This document shows positions 8,022-15,358 of a stretch of 17,544 nucleotides of DNA, piece by piece. A program made the position numbers and the translations under genes. This stretch comes from Acidobacteriota bacterium (lineage in GTDB: Bacteria; Acidobacteriota; Terriglobia; Terriglobales; Acidobacteriaceae). Under the pieces are notes generated by a model. The model was given only the letters and a program-made list of their open reading frames with translations. It had not been told where the DNA came from and ran no database searches. The DNA is taken from positions 1 through 17,544 of the forward strand of contig JAJYVU010000072.1 of NCBI GenBank assembly GCA_021791875.1. The letters are read 5' to 3'. Positions within the stretch are counted from its first letter, which is position 1, and each line of letters begins with the position of its first letter.

Positions 8022-9674
8022 CTAATACCGCGCCAGATACTGATGCATGAACTGGACTGCGATCGCTCCTTCCCCAACGGCTGTCGCCGCGCGTTTTACC
8101 GATCCGTGCCGCACATCCCCAGCCGCGAATATTCCCGGAATGCTCGTCTCCAGCAGGTACGGCTCGCGGTCTTCCTTCCATAACCCGGATCCCGTCGCCT
8201 GCGTGCGCATCTCTGACCCCGTCAGCACAAACCCGTTTGCGTCCCGCAGAATGGCTCCCGGAAGCCATTCCGTCTGCGGCGCTGCTCCAATAAAAATAAA
8301 CAATGCCGACGCCGGTCGTATCTCTTCCCCCGCCGCCGTCCTCAACTTGAGACCCTCCAGACGCCCCGCGCCGCAAGCCTCAAGTACCTCGGTATGTGTT
8401 TCCACAACAATATTGGATGTGCCGGCAATCTGATCGATTAAGTATTTCGACATACTCTGCTCAAGGGAAGACGTCCGGACCAGCATCGTTACCCTGCGGG
8501 CAAATTTTGAAAAATGCATGGCGGCCTGCCCGGCCGAGTTCGCTCCGCCCACGACATATACCTCTTCGCCGCTACAGGAACGCGCCTCCACCAGGGCCGC
8601 GCCGTAGTAGACGCCTTTGCCCGTCAGCTCCGCTATCCCCGGCGCATCCAGCTTCCGGTAGCGCACCCCGAGTGACAGCAGACAGACCCGGCAGCTCACT
8701 TCTCTCCCATCCGCCATCTGCACAAACCGGTACTCGTTCTCCACTCGAATCCCGGTCGCCCGCTGGGTCAGAAACTCCGCTCCAAACCGCGTCGCCTGCA
8801 CATGCGCTCGCCGCGCCAGATCCGCTCCCGTGATTCCTGACGGAAATCCCAGGTAGTTCTCTATCCTTGAGCTGCTGCCGGCCTGCCCACCCGGCGCCTC
8901 AGGCTCCAGAATGAGCGTGCTCAGGCCCTCTGAAGCGGCATAAACAGCAGCGCCCAGCCCCGCCGGTCCAGCACCCACGACCACGAGGTCGTAATACTCG
9001 GCTCGCGCCTGGGTCCGCAATCCCACCTTTTCCGCCAGTTCTTCCAGATCTGGTTGCACCAATGCCGTTCCGTCGGGAAAAAGAACCACCGGAAGCCTGC
9101 GATCATCAAGTTCGTGCTTCATCAGCAGCTGCGCCACGCTCGCGTCTCGCTCTGGATCCAGCCAAAGGTAAGGCACTTGATTCCGAGATAGAAAATTCCT
9201 TACTTCGTGATCGCGGAGCGACCAACGCAGCCCTATTACCTGCAGACCCTCGAATGGAGGATGGTAACCATTCATCCATGTTACTAATAGGTCATCAATC
9301 ACAGGGTAAAGCTGCTGCTCCGGCGGATCCCACGGCTTCGTCAGGTAGTAGTGAATACGCGCTGAGTTAATCGCCCGAATCGCTGCTTCCGTATCCGCGT
9401 AAGCAGTCAGCAACGCGCGCCGGGCATCCGGATAGATCTTCTGCGCCCGCTCCAGGAACTCTACCCCTGACATGCCCGGCATGCGCTGATCCGACAAGTA
9501 AAGCGCTACGGCATCGCCACGGCCTGCAAGCTGTGTGCTGATGTCCAATGCAGCTTGTCCTGATCCAGCCCGCAGCACACGGTATTCGCTTGCATATCTC
9601 CGGCGAAGATCCTGGACCACCGCCTCCAGTACGTTCGGATCATCGTCCACTGCCAGAATCACTGGTTTTGACAT
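8022..9674 (-). CDS. Hybrid response regulator: receiver (REC) domain + ~100-aa linker domain + thioredoxin-reductase-like FAD/NAD(P)-binding oxidoreductase domain
   Basis: REC at the N-terminus (ILAVDDDPNVLEAV...ALYLSDQRMPGMSGVEFLERAQKIYPDARRALLTAYADTEAAIRAINSARIHYYLTKPWD). From about residue 225 it is collinear with E. coli TrxB (DLVVVGAGPAGLGAAVYAASEGL..., second Rossmann VYVVGGANSAGQAAMHFS, C-terminal IPGIFAAGDV). The TrxB CATC active-site motif aligns to GAAL. Confidence 0.85.
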   Translation of the reverse strand: MSKPVILAVDDDPNVLEAVVQDLRRRYASEYRVLRAGSGQAALDISTQLAGRGDAVALYLSDQRMPGMSGVEFLERAQKIYPDARRALLTAYADTEAAIRAINSARIHYYLTKPWDPPEQQLYPVIDDLLVTWMNGYHPPFEGLQVIGLRWSLRDHEVRNFLSRNQVPYLWLDPERDASVAQLLMKHELDDRRLPVVLFPDGTALVQPDLEELAEKVGLRTQARAEYYDLVVVGAGPAGLGAAVYAASEGLSTLILEPEAPGGQAGSSSRIENYLGFPSGITGADLARRAHVQATRFGAEFLTQRATGIRVENEYRFVQMADGREVSCRVCLLSLGVRYRKLDAPGIAELTGKGVYYGAALVEARSCSGEEVYVVGGANSAGQAAMHFSKFARRVTMLVRTSSLEQSMSKYLIDQIAGTSNIVVETHTEVLEACGAGRLEGLKLRTAAGEEIRPASALFIFIGAAPQTEWLPGAILRDANGFVLTGSEMRTQATGSGLWKEDREPYLLETSIPGIFAAGDVRHGSVKRAATAVGEGAIAVQFMHQYLARY

Positions 9675-9977
9675 AACGAGAACCTATCAGTCTTTCCGCT
9701 TTCGTTTCGCTCAATAAATTGTTGATTTATCGGACAATTATTGGTGTCCATAATTCCCTTACTCGTGTAATATCGCGTCAGGTTCCCTAAAGTTTGGCTT
9801 TTTGCGTTACTGAGGCGCACCGTGTAATCGAAAACAATATGCGGTCATAGAACCTCAGAAGAACCGAATGCCCACCAAGAGGCATCTCATCCGCTCCGGC
9901 CCCCCCCAAACCGGATCAGTTCGAGATAGATTGATTATTTTCTGCCTTGTGTAGATGCAGCAAGATCGGACCCACAC
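9675..9977. promoter_or_regulatory. AT-rich divergent intergenic (promoter) region between the RR-flavoprotein operon (-) and the NarL-like regulator (+)
   Basis: 300 bp, markedly more AT-rich than the flanks. Contains the inverted repeat GGACAattattggTGTCC (9732-9749) and several -10-like hexamers (CATAAT, TAATAT). Genes diverge on both sides. Confidence 0.4.
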
Positions 9978-10634
9978 ATGAACAAGATCATACTGGCCGA
10001 CAACCAGGCCATTTTCCGTGCCGGGACTGCCAAAATCCTGGCAATGGAAGACGACTTCCGCATCATCGCGCAATGTTCTGAGCCGGATCGCCTCTTCCCG
10101 GCCATGGAAACCTTTCGCGGTGCCACGATCGTCTTCGCAGCCGCATTGAAACTGCCCGTCGTTCAAGTCGTTGAAAAAGCCGCAGCAAATGGCAGCCACT
10201 GCCTCCTCGTCGCCGAAATCGGTGAGCCCGTGCAGGCTTACTTTGACGCTGGAGTCGACGGCGTCATGCACCGTTCCGTGTCCGGCTCGGCCCTCATTGA
10301 TTGTGTCCGGCGCGTCTCCCGCGGGGAACGCCCCATACGCGCCTGCGGCCCCGAAGACATGACGATTGAGGAAGACAGTGTTGGCGCCAGAGTCCGCGAC
10401 CGGCTCACTCCAAAGGAAATGAAAATCGTCGCCCTCATCATTCAGGGCTGCAAAAACAAGGAAATTGCGATACGCCTGGGCACTACCGAACAGGTCATCA
10501 AAAATTACCTGCGCAGCATCTACGACAAGACCGGCGTCTCCGACCGGCTGGAACTCGCACTCTTTACCATCCACCACCGCATGCTTGCCGAGGCCGCAGC
10601 CGCCGTCGGAGACATGCTCATGCAGTTGAACTGA
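9978..10634 (+). CDS. LuxR/NarL(FixJ)-family transcriptional regulator with an atypical (apparently Asp-less) receiver domain
   Basis: C-terminal LuxR-type HTH (LTPKEMKIVALIIQGCKNKEIAIRLGTTEQVIKNYLRSIYDKTGVSDRLELA). N-terminal REC-like fold (IILADNQAIFRAG...), but the position aligning with the phospho-acceptor Asp (NarL D59/CheY D57) reads IVFAAALKLP, i.e. Ala. Confidence 0.8.
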   Translation: MNKIILADNQAIFRAGTAKILAMEDDFRIIAQCSEPDRLFPAMETFRGATIVFAAALKLPVVQVVEKAAANGSHCLLVAEIGEPVQAYFDAGVDGVMHRSVSGSALIDCVRRVSRGERPIRACGPEDMTIEEDSVGARVRDRLTPKEMKIVALIIQGCKNKEIAIRLGTTEQVIKNYLRSIYDKTGVSDRLELALFTIHHRMLAEAAAAVGDMLMQLN

Positions 10635-10674
10635 GAGAGGTCTCTCCCCCGTGACCTCCCGAATCGTCCCAGGC

Positions 10675-10712
10675 TCGAAGCGGTTGGGTCGAGTTTCTTG
10701 CCCCCGCTTCGA
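10675..10712 (+). terminator. Stem-loop (9-bp stem tcgaagcgg/ccgcttcga, 20-nt loop) downstream of the NarL-like gene; weak terminator candidate
   Basis: Perfect 9-bp inverted repeat at 10675-10683 and 10704-10712, followed by a partly T-rich tract (agagtttgttg). Confidence 0.3.
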
Positions 10713-10842
10713 CCCCGCCTAAGAGTTTGTTGAAAAACGCGCCGAAGCATCGAGCGGGGCGCAGCAAATTGTGTAACGGCAAACTGATCCACGCAATGGA
10801 TTGGGTAGGCTCTTGGCCGAAATTCTGTTTTTCAACACACTC

Positions 10843-12438
10843 CTAAGTCAGTCTCTCGGCCACGGACTTTGCCTGCGTAAACAGGTACAGGTAATCCGGT
10901 CCGCCCGCCTTCGAATCCGTCCCGGACATATTGAATCCGCCAAACGGATGCGCGCCCACCATCGCCCCGGTGCATTTCCGGTTGAAATACAGATTGCCTA
11001 CGTGGAATCGCTCCCTTGCGATGGCCAGCTTCTCCCGGTCCCCGCTGTAAAGCGCCCCCGTCAATCCATATTCCGTATTGTTCGCAATCGCCAGCGCATC
11101 ACTGAAGTTCCGCGCCTTGATCACCGCCAGCACCGGCCCGAAAATCTCCTCCTGCGCCAGCACGCCGTCAGGCGGAATATCCGCGAAAATCGTCGGCTCT
11201 AAATAGAAGCCTTTCTCCGCCGTCTCAATAGCGCTTCCACCCGCCAGTAAACGGCCTTCTTGCTTGCCCTTCTCGATATACCCCAGAATGCTCTTCATCG
11301 CTGCGGCGTTGACCACCGGCCCCATCTTCGGATTCTGGACCGGATCCCCAACCTTCCACGCCGCGACCTTCTCCCGCAGCCGCTCCAGGAACACGTCGTA
11401 GACCGTCTCTTCCACAATCGCGCGCGAGCACGCCGAGCACTTCTGCCCGCTGAAGCCGAACGCTGACGCCAGCACTCCGTCCACCGCGCTGTCCAGGTCA
11501 CTGTCTGCGCACACTACAATCGAGTCTTTGCCACCCATCTCCAGAATCGTCCGCTTGATCCAAAGCTGCCCCGGCCGATGTCGCGCCGCACGCTCGTGAA
11601 TGTCCAGCCCCACTTCCTTCGATCCGGTGAAAGCAATAAACCGCGTCTTCGGATGCTCTACGATCGCGTTCCCAAACGTTGCACCCGACCCCGGGCAAAA
11701 GTTCACCACCCCATCCGGCATCCCGCATTCTTCCAGAACCTCGACAAACTTAGCGGCAATCGTCGGCGAATCGCTCGAAGGCTTCAGAATCACCGTATTC
11801 CCCGCCACGATCGAGGCCGAAGTCATGCCCGCCATAATCGCAAACGGAAAATTCCACGGCGGTATCACTGCTCCCACACCCAACGGAATATACAGCAGCT
11901 CATCCTTTTCGCCCGCGTACTGAATCGGCGGCTTCACCGCATCCAGACGCAGAGCTTCCCGCGCATAAAACTCCAGAAAGTCGATCGTCTCGCCCACATC
12001 GGCATCGGCCTCGGCCCAGTTCTTGCCCACCTCGTAGACCATCCACGCGCAGAAATCCAGTTTCCGCTCCCGAATCCGCGCCGCCGCGTGCAGCAACAGT
12101 GATGCTCGCTCCGCCGCCGAAACGTACTGCCAGGTCTCAAAAGCCTTCAGCGCCGCCTGCATTGCGCGGTCCGCATGCCCGGCCCCCGCCTTCTGATGCA
12201 CGCCCACCACCTGCCCGGGCCTCGCCGGATTCACCGAACGGATCTTCTCCTCCGTGCGCAGACGCTCCCCGCCAATCACCAGGTCATACTCGCGCCCAAG
12301 GTGATCTCCAACGCGCATCAGCGCCTCCCGCATTGCATGCGCCTTCTCGTGATCGCCAAAATTCGTGAATGGTTCATTCCGGAACGTGCCCTGCGGCGCC
12401 CGGAGCAGGATATTGGTCGTAGCCTGTGCAGTTGACAT
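10843..12438 (-). CDS. pruA: L-glutamate gamma-semialdehyde (1-pyrroline-5-carboxylate) dehydrogenase, RocA/PruA type
   Basis: 531 aa. The N-terminus (FRNEPFTNF..., YDLVIGGERL...VNPARPGQVVG...) matches the Thermus/Bacillus-type P5CDH pattern as I recall it. ALDH catalytic Glu (ILEMGGKDS) and Cys (GQKCSACSR) motifs are present. Confidence 0.85.
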   Translation of the reverse strand: MSTAQATTNILLRAPQGTFRNEPFTNFGDHEKAHAMREALMRVGDHLGREYDLVIGGERLRTEEKIRSVNPARPGQVVGVHQKAGAGHADRAMQAALKAFETWQYVSAAERASLLLHAAARIRERKLDFCAWMVYEVGKNWAEADADVGETIDFLEFYAREALRLDAVKPPIQYAGEKDELLYIPLGVGAVIPPWNFPFAIMAGMTSASIVAGNTVILKPSSDSPTIAAKFVEVLEECGMPDGVVNFCPGSGATFGNAIVEHPKTRFIAFTGSKEVGLDIHERAARHRPGQLWIKRTILEMGGKDSIVVCADSDLDSAVDGVLASAFGFSGQKCSACSRAIVEETVYDVFLERLREKVAAWKVGDPVQNPKMGPVVNAAAMKSILGYIEKGKQEGRLLAGGSAIETAEKGFYLEPTIFADIPPDGVLAQEEIFGPVLAVIKARNFSDALAIANNTEYGLTGALYSGDREKLAIARERFHVGNLYFNRKCTGAMVGAHPFGGFNMSGTDSKAGGPDYLYLFTQAKSVAERLT

Positions 12439-12596
12439 AACGCATTAGTGTACCCCCGATTTCACCTCCCTTGGGTGCCGGCCATCACGTTTACCTCCGC
12501 CATGATTTCGCACGGCAGGCAAAGCTCTCCGGACTCTCCTCACAGCCACCTCACGGCCTCACGCAGCCCGCTCCTCAAAAAAAATTCAGATCTCTC

Positions 12597-12643
12597 TTGC
12601 AATTATTGCAATCAGCGATATGATTATCGCTGATTGCAATAAT
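12597..12643 (+). promoter_or_regulatory. Predicted promoter (TTGCAA-N16-TATGAT) overlapped by a perfect 19-bp inverted-repeat operator, immediately upstream of the XRE regulator gene
   Basis: ATTATTGCAATCAGCGATA (12602-12620), tgat spacer, TATCGCTGATTGCAATAAT (12625-12643): 19/19 reverse-complementary. -35-like TTGCAA at 12597-12602. -10-like TATGAT at 12619-12624 (16-nt spacer). The ATG of the XRE gene is at 12649. Confidence 0.55.
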
Positions 12644-12648
12644 AGACC

Positions 12649-13191
12649 ATGAAGCTCGGCGAAAAAATCCGCTACCTCCGCGAAATGGAAGGCAATCTCC
12701 GCGGCCTGGGCCGCGCCATGACGCAGCTGGAACTTCTCCGCGCCATCCAGTCCGAGACTGGCTCAACCATGAGCCAGAGCTATCTCTCCCAGATCGAGAG
12801 CGGTGCGCGCCCCCATCTCACCAGCACCACCCGCGCCCTGCTTGCAAAGTTCTTCAAGGTGCATCCCGGCTACCTCGTCGACGATCCCGAGGGCTATCAC
12901 CCCGAGCTCCTCAGCGAAGCCCGCGTCCTCGATGACAAGCTCGACCTCTGGCTGGTCAGCGGCGCTGAGCGCTTTCGCCGGGATTCCGAATTACGCCACG
13001 CCCTGCTCACCCTCGCGCGCCATCCACAGTCGCGCCAGTGTCTCCTGCTGCTCGATGCCATCATCGAAACTCCCGGCCTCACTGACCGCCTCTTCGATGT
13101 CCTCCGTCCCGCGCGCAACGGCGGCGCCGGCCAGGCACTTAATCTCAAATCCACTTCATCCGCCGCACGCCGTCGCGGAAAAGAGGAGTGA
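12649..13191 (+). CDS. XRE-family helix-turn-helix transcriptional regulator with a ~100-aa C-terminal domain of unknown function
   Basis: N-terminal HTH_XRE pattern (LGEKIRYLREMEG...LTQLELLRAIQSETGSTMSQSYLSQIESGARPHLTSTTRALLAKFFKV). Its stop is 3 nt before the nfeD-like start. Confidence 0.8.
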   Translation: MKLGEKIRYLREMEGNLRGLGRAMTQLELLRAIQSETGSTMSQSYLSQIESGARPHLTSTTRALLAKFFKVHPGYLVDDPEGYHPELLSEARVLDDKLDLWLVSGAERFRRDSELRHALLTLARHPQSRQCLLLLDAIIETPGLTDRLFDVLRPARNGGAGQALNLKSTSSAARRRGKEE

Positions 13192-13194
13192 TAC

Positions 13195-13830
13195 ATGACC
13201 TGGGAGCTCTTCTACCTTATCTGCTTTGTCCTTGGCCTCAGCCTCACCGTGCTCGCTGCGCTCGGAGCCTTCACCCATCTCCATTTCGGCCACATGCCCA
13301 TCGGCCACGGTGTTCACTTCGGCCATGCTGCCCACGCGATTCACGCAGCCGGCAAATCCGGCATCGGCCCCGTCAACGGATTCACCATTGCGGCCTTTCT
13401 CTGCTGGTTCGGTGGTTGTGGCTTTCTGCTCTCCCGCTATGGTTCGCTGGTTGGCATCCTTGTGCTTCTGCTCGCCGTTGGCGCGGGAATCCTCGGCGGC
13501 GCGCTCATCTTCTGGTTTCTCACCCATGTCCTCATGGCCCACGAGCACGCTCTCACCGCTGCGGAAACAGAGATGCAGGGCGTCCTCGGTATTGTCAGCA
13601 GCGTCATTCGCCCAGAAGGCGTGGGCGAAATCCAGTTTTCGCAGAACGGCGCGCGCCGTTTTGCCCCCGCGCGGAGTGAGGAAGGCGTAGCGATTCCGCG
13701 CGATGTGGAAGTCGTCGTCATGCGCTACGAACGGGGAATTGCCTACGTGCGCCCGTGGGAAGACGTCTCGTCCGATTGGACCGAAACGCCCGACAACCCC
13801 ACTGCACTCCCGCAGGACCTGAACCACTAA
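13195..13830 (+). CDS. NfeD-like membrane protein (3 TM helices + C-terminal OB-fold); partner of the flotillin/SPFH gene
   Basis: RBS AAGAGGAG 6 nt upstream. Predicted TM helices (LFYLICFVLGLSLTVLAALGAF; FTIAAFLCWFGGCGFLL; LVGILVLLLAVGAGILGGALIFWFL). C-terminal beta-rich segment with the NfeD-like G.V....G.G.V....G.....A.....G..I....V.VV pattern. Lies immediately upstream of an SPFH gene, as in yuaF-floT and yqiJ-yqiK. Confidence 0.7.
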   Translation: MTWELFYLICFVLGLSLTVLAALGAFTHLHFGHMPIGHGVHFGHAAHAIHAAGKSGIGPVNGFTIAAFLCWFGGCGFLLSRYGSLVGILVLLLAVGAGILGGALIFWFLTHVLMAHEHALTAAETEMQGVLGIVSSVIRPEGVGEIQFSQNGARRFAPARSEEGVAIPRDVEVVVMRYERGIAYVRPWEDVSSDWTETPDNPTALPQDLNH

Positions 13831-13864
13831 TTGTTGTCCCTGACGAAAGGATCAGGAGGCGTCT

Positions 13865-15301
13865 ATGTTTTCTACTATTGCTATTGTTGTTGGACTGAGC
13901 CTGCTCGTCATCATCCTTCTGGCAGGCATGCTGGCCAGGCTCTTCCGCAAGGCCGGCCCCAACGAGGCCATCATTGTCTTCGGCTTTCGCGGACCCCGCG
14001 TCATCAAAGGCCATGGCACCATCGTCTTCCCGATGATCGAAAATGCTCGCGAGCTATCTCTTGAGCTCATGTCCTTCGACGTCGCCCCGCAGCAGGATCT
14101 TTACACCAAACAGGGCGTCGCCGTCACCGTCGAAGCCGTCGCCCAGATCAAGGTCAAGAGCGACCGCGAATCCATCCTCACCGCCGCCGAGCAGTTCCTC
14201 ACCAAAACGCCGCCCCAGCGCGAAGGCCTCATCCGCCTCGTCATGGAAGGCCATCTGCGCGGCATCATCGGCCAGCTCACCGTCGAACAGATCGTCAAAG
14301 AACCCGAAATGGTCGCCGATCGCATGCGCGCCACCTGCGCCAGCGACATGAGCAAGATGGGCCTCGAAGTCGTCTCCTTCACCATCAAAGAAGTCCGCGA
14401 TAAAAACGAATACATCACCAACATGGGCCGGCCAGACATCGTCCGCATCAAGCGCGACGCCGACGTTGCCGCCGCCGAGGCCGAGCGTGACACCGCCATC
14501 CGCCGCGCCGTCGCCCTTCGCGAATCTGCCGTAGCCAAGGCCCAGGCCGACCAGGAACGCGTCGTCGCCGAAACCGCCTCGCTCACCCGCCAGGCCGAAG
14601 CCACCCGCGACCTCGACATCCAGAAAGCCTCCTTCAACGAGCAAAGCCGCCGTCAGGAAGCCCAGGCAGACAAAGCCTATGAGCTGCAAACCAACATCAT
14701 GCAGCAAAAGGTCGTCGCCGAGCAGGTCAAGATCAAGCAGGTCGAAAAAGAACAGCAGATCAAGGTCGAGGAAGCCGAAATCCTCCGCCACGAAAAAGAA
14801 CTCATCGCCACCGTCATCAAGCAGGCCGAAGTCGACCGTCAGCGCGTCGAAACCATCGCCGCCGCCGAAAAAGCCCGCCTCATCATGGAAGCCGAAGGCC
14901 GCGCCGCTGCCATCCGCGCTCAGGGCGAAGCAGAGGCCGCCGTCATCTTCCAGAAAGGCGAAGCTGAAGCCAAGGCCATGGAGATCAAGGCCGAAGCCTA
15001 CCAGGAGTGGAACCAGGCCGCCGTCGTCGACCGGCTCATCGCCAACATGGCCGATGTCGTCCGTGCCATGGCCGAACCGCTCTCCAAGGTCGAAAAAATC
15101 ACTGTCGTCTCCACAGGTAACGACCATGCCGCTGGCGTCAACAAGATCACCGGCGACATGACCACCATCGCAGCCCAGGTCCCTGCACTCTTCGAGGCGC
15201 TCTCCGGCATGGACATGCGCGAACTCATGACCAACGTCAAAACCATCCGGGCGCGTGGCAACGGCTCGGCTACTGTTCAACCCTCCGACAACAACAACTG
15301 A
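13865..15301 (+). CDS. Flotillin-like SPFH/band-7 protein (FloT/YqiK type) with long Ala/Glu-rich coiled-coil
   Basis: AGGAGG RBS. N-terminal TM anchor (TIAIVVGLSLLVIILLAGMLARLF). SPFH-like core (IIVFGFRGPRVIKGHGTIVFPMIE...). Long EA-rich heptad region (AEAERDTAIRRAVALRESAVAKAQADQER...EAEGRAAAIRAQGEAEAAV). Confidence 0.85.
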   Translation: MFSTIAIVVGLSLLVIILLAGMLARLFRKAGPNEAIIVFGFRGPRVIKGHGTIVFPMIENARELSLELMSFDVAPQQDLYTKQGVAVTVEAVAQIKVKSDRESILTAAEQFLTKTPPQREGLIRLVMEGHLRGIIGQLTVEQIVKEPEMVADRMRATCASDMSKMGLEVVSFTIKEVRDKNEYITNMGRPDIVRIKRDADVAAAEAERDTAIRRAVALRESAVAKAQADQERVVAETASLTRQAEATRDLDIQKASFNEQSRRQEAQADKAYELQTNIMQQKVVAEQVKIKQVEKEQQIKVEEAEILRHEKELIATVIKQAEVDRQRVETIAAAEKARLIMEAEGRAAAIRAQGEAEAAVIFQKGEAEAKAMEIKAEAYQEWNQAAVVDRLIANMADVVRAMAEPLSKVEKITVVSTGNDHAAGVNKITGDMTTIAAQVPALFEALSGMDMRELMTNVKTIRARGNGSATVQPSDNNN

Positions 15302-15358
15302 AACCCGCCGGGCGAGCGCCTGATGTCTCGCCCGCATCTCCCAGAAAGGAGCAACATC

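Noticed and set aside
12585-12612. TTGCA motifs upstream of the XRE gene as a possible sigma54 (-12) element, by analogy with PspF-dependent psp promoters
   Set aside because: No GG-containing -24 element (TGGCAC) lies at the required 10-11 bp upstream spacing. A sigma70-like TTGCAA-N16-TATGAT fits better.
12448-12633. 61-aa + ORF in the pruA/XRE divergent intergenic region
   Set aside because: No RBS, overlaps the predicted promoter/operator, and has no recognisable features. Likely non-coding.
14054-15337. 427-aa minus-strand ORF (Gly/Asp/Phe/Leu-rich) antisense to the flotillin gene, and the similar 281-aa ORF 15365..16210 antisense to pspA
   Set aside because: Shadow frames of the EA-rich coiled-coil genes. 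Their composition is the complement of GCC/GAG repeats, and they have no domain signal.
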